DNA from: Lewinellaceae bacterium
GTDB taxonomy: Bacteria > Bacteroidota > Bacteroidia > Chitinophagales > Saprospiraceae
Direction of reading: 5' to 3'
Assembly: GCA_016711435.1 (NCBI GenBank)
Contig: JADJSY010000083.1
Location: 107,993-171,992, forward strand
Length of the DNA: 64,000 nucleotides
The position numbers and the translations under genes are program-made. This document shows positions 1 through 11,800 of the stretch, piece after piece. Positions within the stretch are counted from its first letter, which is position 1. Every line of letters begins with the position of its first letter. The notes beneath the pieces are model-generated. The model was not told where the DNA came from, did no database searches, and saw only the letters and a program-made list of their open reading frames with translations.

Positions 1-997
1 GGCCATTTTCGCCCATTTTTCCGCTTGTTCGAGCACTTTTTCATCCTCCGGGAAAGACCTCATCATAGTAATTACCAGGTCGTGCAACTGGGCCGCATTA
101 TTTTTAATTTCACTTTTCTGCAAAGCCTGGGCCGATTTGAGGTATTTTTTTACATCCTTGATGGCTTGGTAATATTGCATATCGGCAGTATTCGCAAATG
201 CTTCTGCTTTTTTGGGGCAAGGCTGTTTTCATTTTGGCCTTCGTCTCGGCCAGCAATACCTCATTTTTGAACTCAATGGCTTTTTTCAGGGTGTTGCGAC
301 AGGCTTTTTCAATGCGGGCGCTGACGGGCCCTTCTCCGACCAATCCTGTTATGTCTTTCTGGTATTTAAGCAGCAAGTCGAATACACGGCTATCCGCTTC
401 CACTGCGCCTTCCAGAATGAATTTCTGGTTGAACTCGGAGCTCATATCTTTTTGACTATTCAGGTATTCATTCGTTATTTTCAGGGAAGGTTTACCGCTG
501 GCATTCAAGGCCCGCACATAATCAAACATCAGCTGGGGTTCACGATTGCCTTCGTTGTACTTTTTTTCGTAATCGACGGACTTGTCTGATTTACCCAACG
601 CTTTCTGGCCGGATTGAATGAGCTGTTCCACGTTTTTGGCCCCTACTTCTTTCAGCACGATTTTTCCGGTGGCATCAATAAAAAACAAGGTAGGGTAAGA
701 GCTAACCGGGTATTTATTCGCGAATTCGGAATTTTCCGGTTTCTCCATGTCAATTTTCAAATTGATAAAATTGGCATTGTAGTACTCGCCGGCCTTGGGA
801 TCGGGAAAAGTCTGGCTCGCCATCCGTTTGCAGGGGCCGCACCAGGAAGCGAATGCATCAACAAAAATGATTTTCTCTTCTGATTTAGCTTTTTCAAGGG
901 CATCAGCCCAGCTGCCGTGAAAAAACTCGATACCCTGCGCATGAATGGCAGGTGTCAAAAAAAGGGAAAAGAATACCGTGTGCAGGATATTTCTCAT
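1..997 (-). pseudogene. Secreted thioredoxin-fold protein (WCGPC) with helical C-terminal region; frame broken at homopolymer 208-213; 3' end runs off window
   Basis: ORF 110..1069(-). Met at 997 gives signal peptide ...TPAIHA|QG. WCGPCK redox motif. Downstream of the T6 run at 208-213, a second frame stays open to base 1 and reads protein-like (AEAFANTADMQYYQAIKDVKKYL...EQAEKWAKMA). Confidence 0.7.
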
Positions 998-1151
998 GCT
1001 CGATGATACAGTTTGGGTGAATGAAGTAAAAGGATAAAATTGCAAAGGGCAAAAAGCAATCCAAATCAATGTGTTACAGAAGATTTAGTTTTAACTCATT
1101 TTGAACACATCATTAAAATGATTTTAAAGATGCAAAAATACATCAAAATGG

Positions 1152-1212
1152 GTTAAGCCGAGGATACGTTTACTAAACTTTTAAAGTTTAGTAAACGTAT
1201 CCTCGGCTTAAC
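1152..1212. repeat. A-family perfect palindrome (30-bp arms, 1-nt centre)
   Basis: gttaagccgaggatacgtttactaaacttt-t-aaagtttagtaaacgtatcctcggcttaac. Lies between two minus-strand genes. A truncated second copy is at 16492-16519. Confidence 0.95.
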
Positions 1213-1282
1213 ACATTACATGGAATAGAAATGTATCCTTATAACCACCAGCCTGAAAAACACTGATAATCCGATAACCACC

Positions 1283-2443
1283 TCAATTTTGGCTCGTAGA
1301 AGTGGCGGCGCCCGTTTTTTGGGTGAAGGTGATGTTGAAAACGGAAGATTTTTCACCCTTGCTGTCCAGACAATAAGCGTATCCTTCCTCAATCCACAGG
1401 GTTTTCATGAAGCCCTGGCGAATGTTTTCTTCGTGGTACAAATCGACACAAATAACGCGACCGCCGTAGTGGGCGGTAATATCCGGTTGGAGCGTGTGGC
1501 CGACGACCATCCGTTTTGCCTGTGCGAAATCAAGGATTCGGGTCACTTCATCCATATCGAGGCTGTTTTTGGCAGCGCCACGATACCAGTAAATTCCCTT
1601 TTTCAGGTCAAAAATGAGTTGAGCATCCTGACTGGTGATGTCTTTGTTCTGCTTGCCAAGGTTATCGCGGCTGATCCGGTTGATATCCTCCAATGTGAGT
1701 TGTGAAACAGCCATTTCAGGGCTGATGCCTGCATGACAGAAGACATAATCGCCAATAAGTTCCACTGCATTTTTGGTGCGCAGCCAGCGCCCCATTTCAG
1801 TGTTATTATCAAAAAGTCTTCTATAAGGCTCTCCCAAAATATGGGCATTTTCCAGGTACTTTTTACGTGCATACTGTGTGTTACCCTGCAGGTTCAGTAC
1901 TTCGTGATTACCCAGTATAAAATGCACTTTGCCGCCTGCTGCCTCCGCTTCCGATTCCAGTTTGTAGATCAACCAGAGACACTCCGTGACATTCAGGCCC
2001 CTGTCAAAGAAATCACCCAGCAATACGATATGCCCATTCCCGAAAGTCCAGTTGAAATTTTTATCGATCACCTTCGAGCCGAGCAACATCATTTTAAAAG
2101 CTTTAAAATTGCCTTCAATGTCAGACAGTACCAGCATTTTTGCAGGCAAATCATAACGGGTCTGTTGGTTTTCCAGTGACTTTTTTAACTGAAAGGAAAA
2201 AACATCGCCCTCTTCCGGTCCGCGGCAACTGAGTGCCACCATAGATTTATCCGTAAAAATCTTCATGTTCAGAACGGCCTGTGTATCGCGGAGTTCAACG
2301 GATTTCACCACCACTTTTTGACCCCTGTATAACACATAGGGCCCATCGGGGCCTGCCTTCGAATTATCCTCGAAAGGTCCTCCGGCAACGACGAAAGTTG
2401 GCATTGCCAGGATCAACGGAAGAATTATACTTTTCAGGATCAT
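1283..2443 (-). CDS. Calcineurin-like metallophosphoesterase, secreted
   Basis: ORF 1283..2449(-). GDFFDRG, GNHE and VVGHT motifs. Hydrophobic N-terminal signal. ATG at 2443 preferred over GTG at 2449. Confidence 0.8.
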   Translation of the reverse strand: MILKSIILPLILAMPTFVVAGGPFEDNSKAGPDGPYVLYRGQKVVVKSVELRDTQAVLNMKIFTDKSMVALSCRGPEEGDVFSFQLKKSLENQQTRYDLPAKMLVLSDIEGNFKAFKMMLLGSKVIDKNFNWTFGNGHIVLLGDFFDRGLNVTECLWLIYKLESEAEAAGGKVHFILGNHEVLNLQGNTQYARKKYLENAHILGEPYRRLFDNNTEMGRWLRTKNAVELIGDYVFCHAGISPEMAVSQLTLEDINRISRDNLGKQNKDITSQDAQLIFDLKKGIYWYRGAAKNSLDMDEVTRILDFAQAKRMVVGHTLQPDITAHYGGRVICVDLYHEENIRQGFMKTLWIEEGYAYCLDSKGEKSSVFNITFTQKTGAATSTSQN

Positions 2444-2706
2444 GCTCACAGTTCGATTTGATTACTGAATAAAGAAAACGCAATCAACAGCATTTTGTCA
2501 CTGGCAAAGATACAATACATCACCGTACTCTATTTGGACTTTTTTCACAGGATACAAACTTCGTTCTTTTAGCTAAGCAAATACCCCATTAACTTTTTGA
2601 AATTATCTAAAATATGTATTCCAGTCCAAACATCATTTGGAAACCGCCGCAGACAAACCCCAAAATTTTTTTTTAAAAATTTTTTTTTATGACGCGTTTG
2701 TGACCC

Positions 2707-2746
2707 AAAAAAGCGATCCCCGGCCTGTTTGCAGACCGGGGATCGC
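2707..2746 (-). terminator. Rho-independent terminator of the adhesin-PorP-OmpA operon
   Basis: 11-bp GC-rich stem gcgatccccgg (2713-2723) / ccggggatcgc (2736-2746). On the minus strand it is followed by a U6 tract (A-run 2707-2712). It lies 28 nt after the stop at 2774. Confidence 0.75.
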
Positions 2747-2773
2747 CGATAAAAATAAAAAAAAACGGAACGT

Positions 2774-4806
2774 TTAAGGCCGCAACGGCTTGCCCAAACG
2801 GCGAATGAGAACCTCCAGTCGGTTATTTTCCTGGTGCTCTTCGTCGGTACATTCCACCCCTTCCACGCAGTGGTTGCGCGGCGTCGTTTCACCTTTACCA
2901 AAAGCGTTGATACGTTCGGCTTCCACACCTTTATAGACTAAATATGTTTTGGCATTTTTTGCCCGTTCGTCGGTAAGTTCCTGGTTCAGGCGTTTTTCAC
3001 CCCGGGTTTCTGTGTGGGCTACCAGGTCAATTTCCATTTCAGGATACTTCTTCATCAGTTCTACCAATCCGTCCAGGTGACGTACAGCGCCCTGGTTCAA
3101 AGTGGCTTTGTTGTATTCGTAGAAAATTTTATCCATGACGAGCACCGATCCGGCAAAAAGCCGTTCGCCAGCGGCATGGTTTCTTCTGCGTTGGTGCCAG
3201 GAACTGCCCGAAGTTTGATCTCGTCATAAGGTTGAATGCCCTTTCCGACAGTCACTTTAAAGTTTTCATTCAGGAAGCCTTCCCGTTGTACATAGGCTAC
3301 ATATTCGCCATCTGCCGACAGGCATGCGTCAAATTCGCCGTTCAGGTTGGTACGAACGGTTTCGGTGTAACCCGTCTGGCGGTGTACAAATTTAATGGCT
3401 GCGTTGGCGATACGGGTACCGAATTCGACGGTGGAAATGATGCCGCCCGAACGCATACAGATCGGCGCATCCTGCATTTTGAAACTAAGTTTCATATTGT
3501 CTTCCGTATCCACCGAAATCAGTTTCTCGCTGGTGCGGTAGCCGTCAACACTGACCAATACCAAATAACTGCGGTAACGCACAAACTCCGTTTTGGCTTC
3601 TCCGGCTACATTGGAGAAAAGGTCGGGTTTGCCCAGTTCTTCCGCGCCTTTGCGCACCAGTTGCAGGCTCAGGGCGTTGGGCTGGTTTTGTACCGGCAGC
3701 AGGTCGAAGGTGTAAAAATCTTTGGTGCCGCTGATAAAGCCGTCGTCGGAAGGTTGCAGGATGCGGATAGAAGCGCCTTTGATCGGTTCGCCGGTTTTTG
3801 CATCCAGAACGGTGATAGCGACGGGGTTGACTTCCGGTTTGCCGGTGCCTTCCAGGCCTTTATCCGCTTCAAATTTGTAAATATCTTCCTTGCCGTATCC
3901 GCCCACCCGGTCGCTGGAAAAAAAGCCGCGTTTTCCGTCTTTGTCGATGATAAAACTGTGGTCGTTGCCAGAGGAGTTGAACGGCGTATCCATGTTGACG
4001 ATTTCCGAAGGATCGGTCAGCGGCTTGGTAACAAAATAAATATCCAGCCCGCCCAGCGAGTTGGAATGCCCGTTGGAAGAAAAGAACAGTGCGCCGGTCA
4101 GGCTGATAAAGGGGTATAACTCCTGTTGCGGCGTATTGATCGTTTCGCCGAGGTTGATCGGTTCTCCCCAGCCATCGGTGGTTTTCCCGACCACGTAAAT
4201 ATCGAAACCGCCGTAGCCGCCCGGCATGTCCGACGCAAAAAACAGCTTGGTGCCGTCGGGGCTGAGGCTCGGGTGTTTGCAGGAATATTCGTCGCTGTTG
4301 AAAGCCAGTTCAAAAGGAGGCGTCCAGTCCGGGAAACCAAAGCGGGTTTCATATATTTTAAGCACCGATTTTTTGCCCGTCTTATCTGCTTTAATCACCC
4401 CGTCCTTGTTGTTGTTGCGGGTGATAAAAGAGCGTTTGAAATCACGGGTAAAAGTCATAGGCCCTTCATGGAACTCCGACTTTTTCTCCACGTTGAATTC
4501 AAACAAAGAAGGTGTAGAAGGCTGGCCGATTACATCAAAAGGTGAAAAATATACCTCGTGGAATTTGGCGGTGGCGCCCCTGCTGGGTCGGCTCGATACA
4601 AACATAATGCCCCCGTCATAAAACATGGGCGCATAATCCGTATCCTTCGAGTTGAGTTCTTTCGCGTTTTCTACCCGCACCGGATAACGACGATCATCCT
4701 TTTCGCGGTAACGGTCTTTGGATTTACTTTTTGAAGAATTCTGGGCAAATACCGTCAGTGAACAGAACAGTAGCAGGGAAAAACTAAAGATTATTTTTTG
4801 AAACAT
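2774..4806 (-). pseudogene. OmpA-family protein with TolB-like propeller repeats and C-terminal OmpA domain; frame broken at A5 run 3155-3159
   Basis: ORFs 3097..4821 and 2774..3145 are co-linear. The first has signal peptide MFQKIIFSFSLLLFCSLTVFA|Q and WD40/TolB-like repeats. The second is an OmpA C-terminal domain (IFYEYNKATL...NRLEVLI). Adding one base in the run joins them as ...LANGFFAGSVLVMDKIFY. Confidence 0.75.
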
Positions 4807-4836
4807 TTGTATGAGAAACAATTGATTTTTAATAAA

Positions 4837-5790
4837 TTAGTAACCAAGTGGACTTTCAATATTGCCCTCCGAAATATCCGCCGGCGGATTGAAATACCAA
4901 CGAACAGTGGCTTCCACCGAACCGTTGTTGAATTTGCGCAGTCGGGTCAAACCAATATCATAAGACAGGCACATGAACAGGTTTTCAGTAGCCTGAAGAC
5001 CCAGCAAAGCATCAACGCTTTCTCCGGCCCCGTTGGTATCGCCGCCGACGCGGTATGTGGCGCCGACATAAAATTTTCTTTTCAACATCAGACTTACATT
5101 GATGTCTGCGTCAAATGGAGCGTTGAAAACATAGCGCAAGAGTGCCTGCGGCGTCAGGTCGATTTCTTCAGTCAAATGAAACGTAATACCACCCATTGCA
5201 TTGATGTGCTGTACTTCCCGCGATATTTCAGATCCGAACTCGGAAAAGTCGATATTGTTGGCCACCAGGCGCGGAATGGCAACGCCTGCATACCATTTAT
5301 GGCCGGTATAAAAAGCGCCGAAGCCCACATTGGGCAGGTATTTATTGCTCGGTTCGATTGGTATGGACAAGTCGTTTTGATCGATGGCTCTCAGGCGCGG
5401 ATCCGCCCAGTTTTGCCTGAAATAACGCACGCTGGGTTGCAATCCAATACTCAGCGTACCCCTTTTAAACGGAATACGGTAGGCATAAGTCACATCCAGG
5501 GTCAGGCTGCTGGTAATACCGATGCTGCTGCGGCTCAGGTTGCCACCCAGCCCCACGCGGTTATTGAGAATCCGCTGGTTGTACGACAGTATCTGGGCAT
5601 TGGGTGCGCCCTCCAGTCCCATCCATTGGTTGCGGTACACTGCCACCAATGTCGGCGACTCGAAACTGCCTGCATAACCGGGATTGTGCGCCAGTTTATT
5701 GAACATGAACTGCGTGTACAAAATATCCTGCTGCGCCCAAAGGCCCATAGAACACATACACAAAAGAACAATGGCGTATATTTTTTTCAT
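4837..5790 (-). CDS. Type IX secretion system membrane protein, PorP/SprF family
   Basis: ORF 4837..5865(-); ATG at 5790. Signal peptide ...GLWA|QQDILYTQFMFNKLAHNPGYAG is the family's hallmark N-terminus. Beta-barrel-like alternating pattern. Immediately downstream of the type-B-CTD adhesin. Confidence 0.85.
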   Translation of the reverse strand: MKKIYAIVLLCMCSMGLWAQQDILYTQFMFNKLAHNPGYAGSFESPTLVAVYRNQWMGLEGAPNAQILSYNQRILNNRVGLGGNLSRSSIGITSSLTLDVTYAYRIPFKRGTLSIGLQPSVRYFRQNWADPRLRAIDQNDLSIPIEPSNKYLPNVGFGAFYTGHKWYAGVAIPRLVANNIDFSEFGSEISREVQHINAMGGITFHLTEEIDLTPQALLRYVFNAPFDADINVSLMLKRKFYVGATYRVGGDTNGAGESVDALLGLQATENLFMCLSYDIGLTRLRKFNNGSVEATVRWYFNPPADISEGNIESPLGY

Positions 5791-5861
5791 ATTATCAGCG
5801 GTAGAGCGGGGAGCCGCTATGAGGAAAAGCAAAAATGCAAAAGGCAAACGGTCGAGTCTGC

Positions 5862-8800
5862 TCATTGCTGAATAATCATAAAGCCCTTTTTCGGTTCGTC
5901 ATTCGTACTAAACTCCACTACGTAGAAATAAGTACCGGGGGGCAATGGGTTGCCATTGTAAGTACCCTCCCAATCGTTCAGGTAAGGCACGGCATGAAAT
6001 ACCTGGTCGCCCCACTGGTTAAAAATAGTCAGTTCCACTACCACGCCGCCTTCTCCCACCAAACAGGTTTCGGGAACAATAAAGGCATCATTCAGATCGT
6101 CGCCGTTCGGTGTAATGATATTCGGCAGGAAACACTCGCCCGGTCCGGTAACATTAAATACTACCGTGGTGTAACTGCATGCATCGGGGCAGCGCAGGTT
6201 GCACACTTCGTATTCCATCTGATCCGAACCGGAAAAGTTGGAGTTCGGCTGATAAACATAGGTGCCGACACCAGTCGTATCTACGATGCGGCCGTGAACG
6301 GGCGGAACCGTAATTTCCACGCTAAACTGATTAGGTACCATGTCGTTGCCCAACACATTCACAGTAGCGGATGCGCCAAAAAGCACCTCAACAGCATCCG
6401 CATTCGCCGTTGGAAACAATTCAAAATTGACCACCACGGTATCGCGGGAATTATCGCCACAAAATCCATTGTTCGTAGCCCAAATCATAGTATTCGAGCC
6501 GGGTTGCAAACCGCAGATAGTAGTTTGATCGCTGCTGGGCGTGGTAAAAGTGATTTGTGAATTCAAACTGGTCCAGAATCCAAACTCGAATGCCTGCAAG
6601 TTGGAGGCATCGAGCAGCGTACAATCCTGATTGTTGCAGATAAACTGATCCGGCCCGGCATTGGGTTTCTGGCTAAAGATATGTACGGCAACCGTATCGG
6701 TCACAGAGCCGCATCCCGGATTGCCTAAAGTCCAGTAGAAATAGTAAATATTGCCTGGCGTCAGGGCCGTGCCGGCAATCGGCGTTTGCGGATTCAAAGG
6801 CTCCGTAATGGAAATCCCCAAATTGGCCTGAGAAGGCAGCTGGCTCCAAACGCCACTCACCATTTGTCCCTGTGTTGCGGCAAGTCGTATATCTTTTACC
6901 GTGCAGGTAAAAATATCCGGTCCGGCAAAGGGTAACTCAAATGCCTGCGCCTGAAGGGTAACCGTATCGCGGCTGTAATTCATACAGCCACCGCTGGAGA
7001 GCGACCATATAAACTGATAGGTATTGCCCGCTATCGCGCCTGTAACGGTTGAATTGGGATTGCCCGGACTCACAATGGTCACCGGCAAAGGCGCCAACTG
7101 GCTCCATTGACCGGTAGAACCGGCTGTTGGTGCAGATGCGCCCAGGATAATGGGTTGGGCCACACAAACAGGGCCATCCAACCCTGCAAAAGCGGTATTA
7201 TTCGGAATGGTATCAAAAGACACCGTGACCGGGGTAGAAATTTCCGAATCGCAGCCATTTCTCCAGGCAATTGCGCGAAAAGTATGTGTACCCGGGGTAA
7301 ATAAAGTACCCAGATTGGTAAAGGTAGTACTCAGGCTGCTTAATGGCCCTGCGATGGTATCGTTTGTCTGGTTGATCCACACATATTGCGAGCCGGGGGT
7401 GGCAGACGTCGAACTGATGGTAAGCGTCAGGAATGCTCCGGGTTGTTCTAAACAAATGGAAGATGGTACCGGCGGAATAATCACAGGTTTCTTCGGCCGG
7501 GGCGTCACTTCAACTGCTATAACAGATGCAGGAGAAACGCAACCGTTGACGGTTAATATGGAAGAATAATTGCCTGCAAAACTCATCGTAACAGGCTGAC
7601 GCGTAGGGTTTTGTATAGCGGCGCTAAAACCGGAAGGCCCCGTCCAGGTATAGGACGCGCCGGGAATAGTATTACTATTGAGTTCAAGCACATCGCCTTC
7701 ACAAACAGGCGTATTGGCGGATAAAACCGGCGCAGCAGGAATGGCATTAATCGAAATACTGACAGGTGCAGAAGTGTCCGACTTGCAAATGCCATCATTG
7801 ACGAAAACGGAATATACGCCTGATTGCGCTACCTGTGAATTCGGAAAATTCAGGAAAGACTGCATCGTCAGGGTATCGCCGGAAGGACGAATCCAGATGA
7901 ATTTGGCGCTTGGATTGTATTGCCCTGCATTGGTAACGGAAATCGTTACCGGCGTCCCCACACACACGGCAGCCTGTTGGCTCAATAACGGGATAACCAA
8001 TGGCGGACCGACATTGACGGTTGTGGTTTTGGGTATGGACGGACAACCGAATGCATCTGTGACCAGCAAGGTATAAGGGCCGTTATTTACCGTGGATACA
8101 TCAGGAATAACCAGTGTTGGATTGACAGATATTGGTCCGCCCGGGCCGGTCCACTGATACATGAGCGGTCCGTTCGGACTCGAAACATTGGCGGATAAAA
8201 TAGCATCTGTCGAGCCGTCTGAACAAATAGGCGACACGTTCCAGATCGAATCGATCACCGGAGCTTGAATCACATTTACATTGACAAAAGCGGAATCGGA
8301 GCAGCCGAAACTTGTTTTGCCTACTACTTTGTACAGTCCCGACACAGGGGGTTGTAAGGTGACAAATTGCTGGTAATTAATAAAATTATTAGGGCCTGTC
8401 CAGAACCAGCTGAGGTTGCTGATATTTGCTGTTGCCGCCAGGTTCAGTCCGGAGCCTGCACACAGCGGACTGTTGGAGCCGGCTGTTACATCGGGATATT
8501 GCTGAATGCGAATGACAATGGAGTCGGACCAGTCGGACAAACAACCCTGCTGCACGACCCGCACTTTCCAGGCGCCCGAATCGGGAACCATGATGCCGGG
8601 CAGGGTTAGCGAATTAGTCGTAGTATTGATTATATTGGAACCTGGGCCTCCCCAGATATACTGCGCTGCCGTCGGAGTATTCGCTAACAGAATCACTGTA
8701 GCGCCTTCACATACCTGGTTGGAACCGCTCAACTGCGGCTTGGGAGGTTTGGGCCGTACAATTACTTGTACATTGGCGGGTTTGGAAGCACATCCGTTTT

Positions 8801-11800
8801 GAGTAACAACCAGCGTATAAGTCCCGGCGTTAAAGAGGGTAGCGCTCAAAATGGGAGGCGGGTATTGCAAGGTGCTCTCAAGTCCCGGCCCAATCCAATA
8901 ATAGGTCATTCCAGTACCCTGGGAGGGTGTACCCAGCACAATCGGCTGCCCCTCACAGATATTAATCACTTCCTGATCCAATTGCGCTATGGGACGGATA
9001 GCCACAATGACAGTTAACACCTCGGAATTCAGGGAAGTGCAACCGTCTGCCAGTACTTTTACAAAAAACTGGTAGGTACCCGCATCTGCCTCCGATAAGG
9101 TGAAATTAGGTTGTCCTGTGGCACCCAGTAAAATAGCGTTGCCCGGGATTCCGAGAAACCATTGATACGTAACATTGCTGCCGCCATAAGTCGGCGTATT
9201 CAGATGTATATCATCACCGCCGCAAAGATTGATATTCACCAACTGGAGTACCGGTTGTGTGGGCAGGTTGACCAGATCGACGGTTACAACACCGGTAGCG
9301 GTGCAACCAGTCAGGCCCGTAATTTTTACGGTGTAAGGCCCTTCAAAAGACAATTGCGCATTCGAGCGGATGGGATTTTGAACCGCTGAAGCAAAATTAG
9401 GCCCTGTCCACATATAGGTGAAAGTATTGGGCGGCGCCGCAGGCGGATTGGCAAACAATTGCAGGTTGCCTCCTTCACAAACAGGCGTGTAGGTCGGGTT
9501 TAAGGTAACTGTTTCTACCCGGACGAGGGTCGTGCAGGCAGCAGAGTTGCCGGAACTGTCTGTTACAGTAAGGGTTACATTGAAGTTATTCCCGGCATTG
9601 GCACAAGTGAAGACACTTTGCGAAAGCTGGAAATTCAGTGTGCCCGGACAATTATCCGTACTTCCATTGTCAATTTCGGAAGGTATCAGGGTATAACCGG
9701 AACCAACTGCCCCGGAGGGATTGACAAAAATGGTGGTTGACTCGCAAATAGCCACCGGTTTGATCGTATCCAGCACATTTATCTGAAATGTTGCCATGCC
9801 CTCGAGGCCGTATATGTCATCCGTCAGGTAGTTCACCGAATAAGTATCCGGTGAAAGAATCAGCGTAGTTTCATTGCCGTTCAGGCCGCCGCTCTGTATC
9901 AGTTGATCGGCACTGTTCCTGATTTCATAGGTTACGACCGCAAAACTATATTCCAGAATGGCCTGCACGCGGCTGATCCCATCTGTCTGATCGGCCTGCA
10001 AGGGACCGCAAGGTTCTATAAACTCGAAGAAGGTGCCCGCCTCGTCATTTGCCGCTAATTTGATCGCGGTACTTCCATTTGCTGCCCATGTATTGATCTG
10101 GGCTGCGGAAACAGGGATGATCGTCTCATGAAATTCATTACAATTACCAGGTGTTGTGCCGTTGGTAGTATTACCTAAATTAACATTATTTTCATCAAAA
10201 ACTTTGAAAAACTCACCGTTTTCGTCATTGTCGCCTTTGTGGCGGATTTTAAGAACCCCTCCGCTGACGGCATTGGGAATCAATCCTGCAATGTTCAGGG
10301 TAATCATTCCCGGAATCAACCCTGCATTCGGATCATTGACAAACTGTAGCGGCAGAATAGCCGAAGCCTGCGTAAGGCTGCCCGAAACATCACAGTTGTC
10401 TGTAATAACCGGGAATGGCAAATTTACCAGCGCTTCGCACTCATTGGCAATTACATACGCCGTCTGTGTAGAGGGCGCAGTAATGACAGGCAACTCCTGA
10501 TCGCTTACCGTAACAGTGCTGGAAGCAGTCGATTCATTGCCTGCACAATCTGTTGCCGTATAAACAATGGTATGTACACCTGGCGGCAGGAAGATTGGGT
10601 TTGCCGGAGGAAAAGGCATCTCCGGATTACCATCCAGCTGGAAAGACAGGATTACCGGAACCTGTGGCTCCGCAAACTGGTAATCGAGCTGCGCTCTTGA
10701 CCGGCCGCCCATACAAACTGCATTGGCGGCATTGGCGCCTGTACCGTTTGGCGCCAGCCGCAGCGTCAGGATGCCATCGGCCAGCCAGTTATTCAACAAT
10801 GTTTCCGAAATACTCACATCGGTAAATCCGGAGCCGCACTGGCCAGGTGTAACAGGGTTGGTAATGCCGAGTACAACATTATTTTCTCCCAGAATGGTAA
10901 AACTTTCAGAAGATTGTTCAGAGTCCGCACTGTCTAAAAAAATCCGCAAAGCGGCATTCCCGGTTACCGGAACAACAGGCGGCACATTTGGAGCAATCCA
11001 TTGAAAAACGACGGTATCGACCGGGGAGGTATTGTTTGGGCCGCCGGATGTATTGACCAATAACGAAGTGTCTCTCAGGGTAATACTGACCGGGAGAGAG
11101 GTGCAAATGTCAAATACCGAAACTGGTGGCGGAACAATGAAATCGGCGCCGCATTCCCCCGGATCATTCGCTAACGTAAGCGCATCAGGCGGAATCAGAT
11201 TGGGCGGCGTATTATCCTGAATAAGAATATTTTGGGTGTATCTGTTGGTATTCCCGCAATTGTCGGTAGCCGTCCATTCGCGTCGAATAATATAGTTGGT
11301 CCAATGGTCGCAGTTATTTAAGTCGGGATTTCGCAACTCCGATTCAACAAGCGCCACATCCACGGAGTCGTCGCAATTGTCGCTTGCATTAAAAGTGGCC
11401 GGATCGGGGGGGGCAGGAATGGCATCGCAGGAGACGGTAACATTGGGTGGAATGTTGGTCAGCACCGGACGCACCGTATCGAAAATGGCAATGTTCTGGG
11501 AAAAGGTGCTGGTATTGCCACATACATCACTGGCAACCCAGGTAATAGTCAGTGTGTAAGCATCTGCACACACACCGGGCGTATTGACCACACCCACGGT
11601 ATCCGGCGTTGCGGTTACGCCGCTACATGCATCCGTTGCTACCGGGATGGGCAATACCGGCGCCACGTCACAAACGCCTGTAGTATCCAGAAAACCCGCA
11701 AAAACAGGCCCCAGGTTATCTATGATGGACAGAACCTGTGTGGCAGTACGCGTATTCCCGCACTCGTCCGTGGCCGTAAAAATCCGGGTAATCTGGTAGC

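Noticed and set aside
2569-2928. 119-aa ORF on the minus strand overlapping the operon terminator and the OmpA domain.
   Set aside because: It overlaps the OmpA-domain ORF in another frame and runs through the terminator hairpin and AT tracts. It has no motifs.
4798-5871. Long antisense ORFs opposite real genes: 4798..5871(+), 3232..4119(+), 16691..17425(+), 23266..24090(-), 26420..27361(-), 39656..40590(+), 50433..51092(+), 52349..52945(+), 58844..59584(-) and 62937..63569(-).
   Set aside because: Each lies entirely within a gene on the other strand that has clear family motifs. Their translations are Arg/Gly/His-rich low-information sequence, typical of shadow ORFs at about 50% GC.
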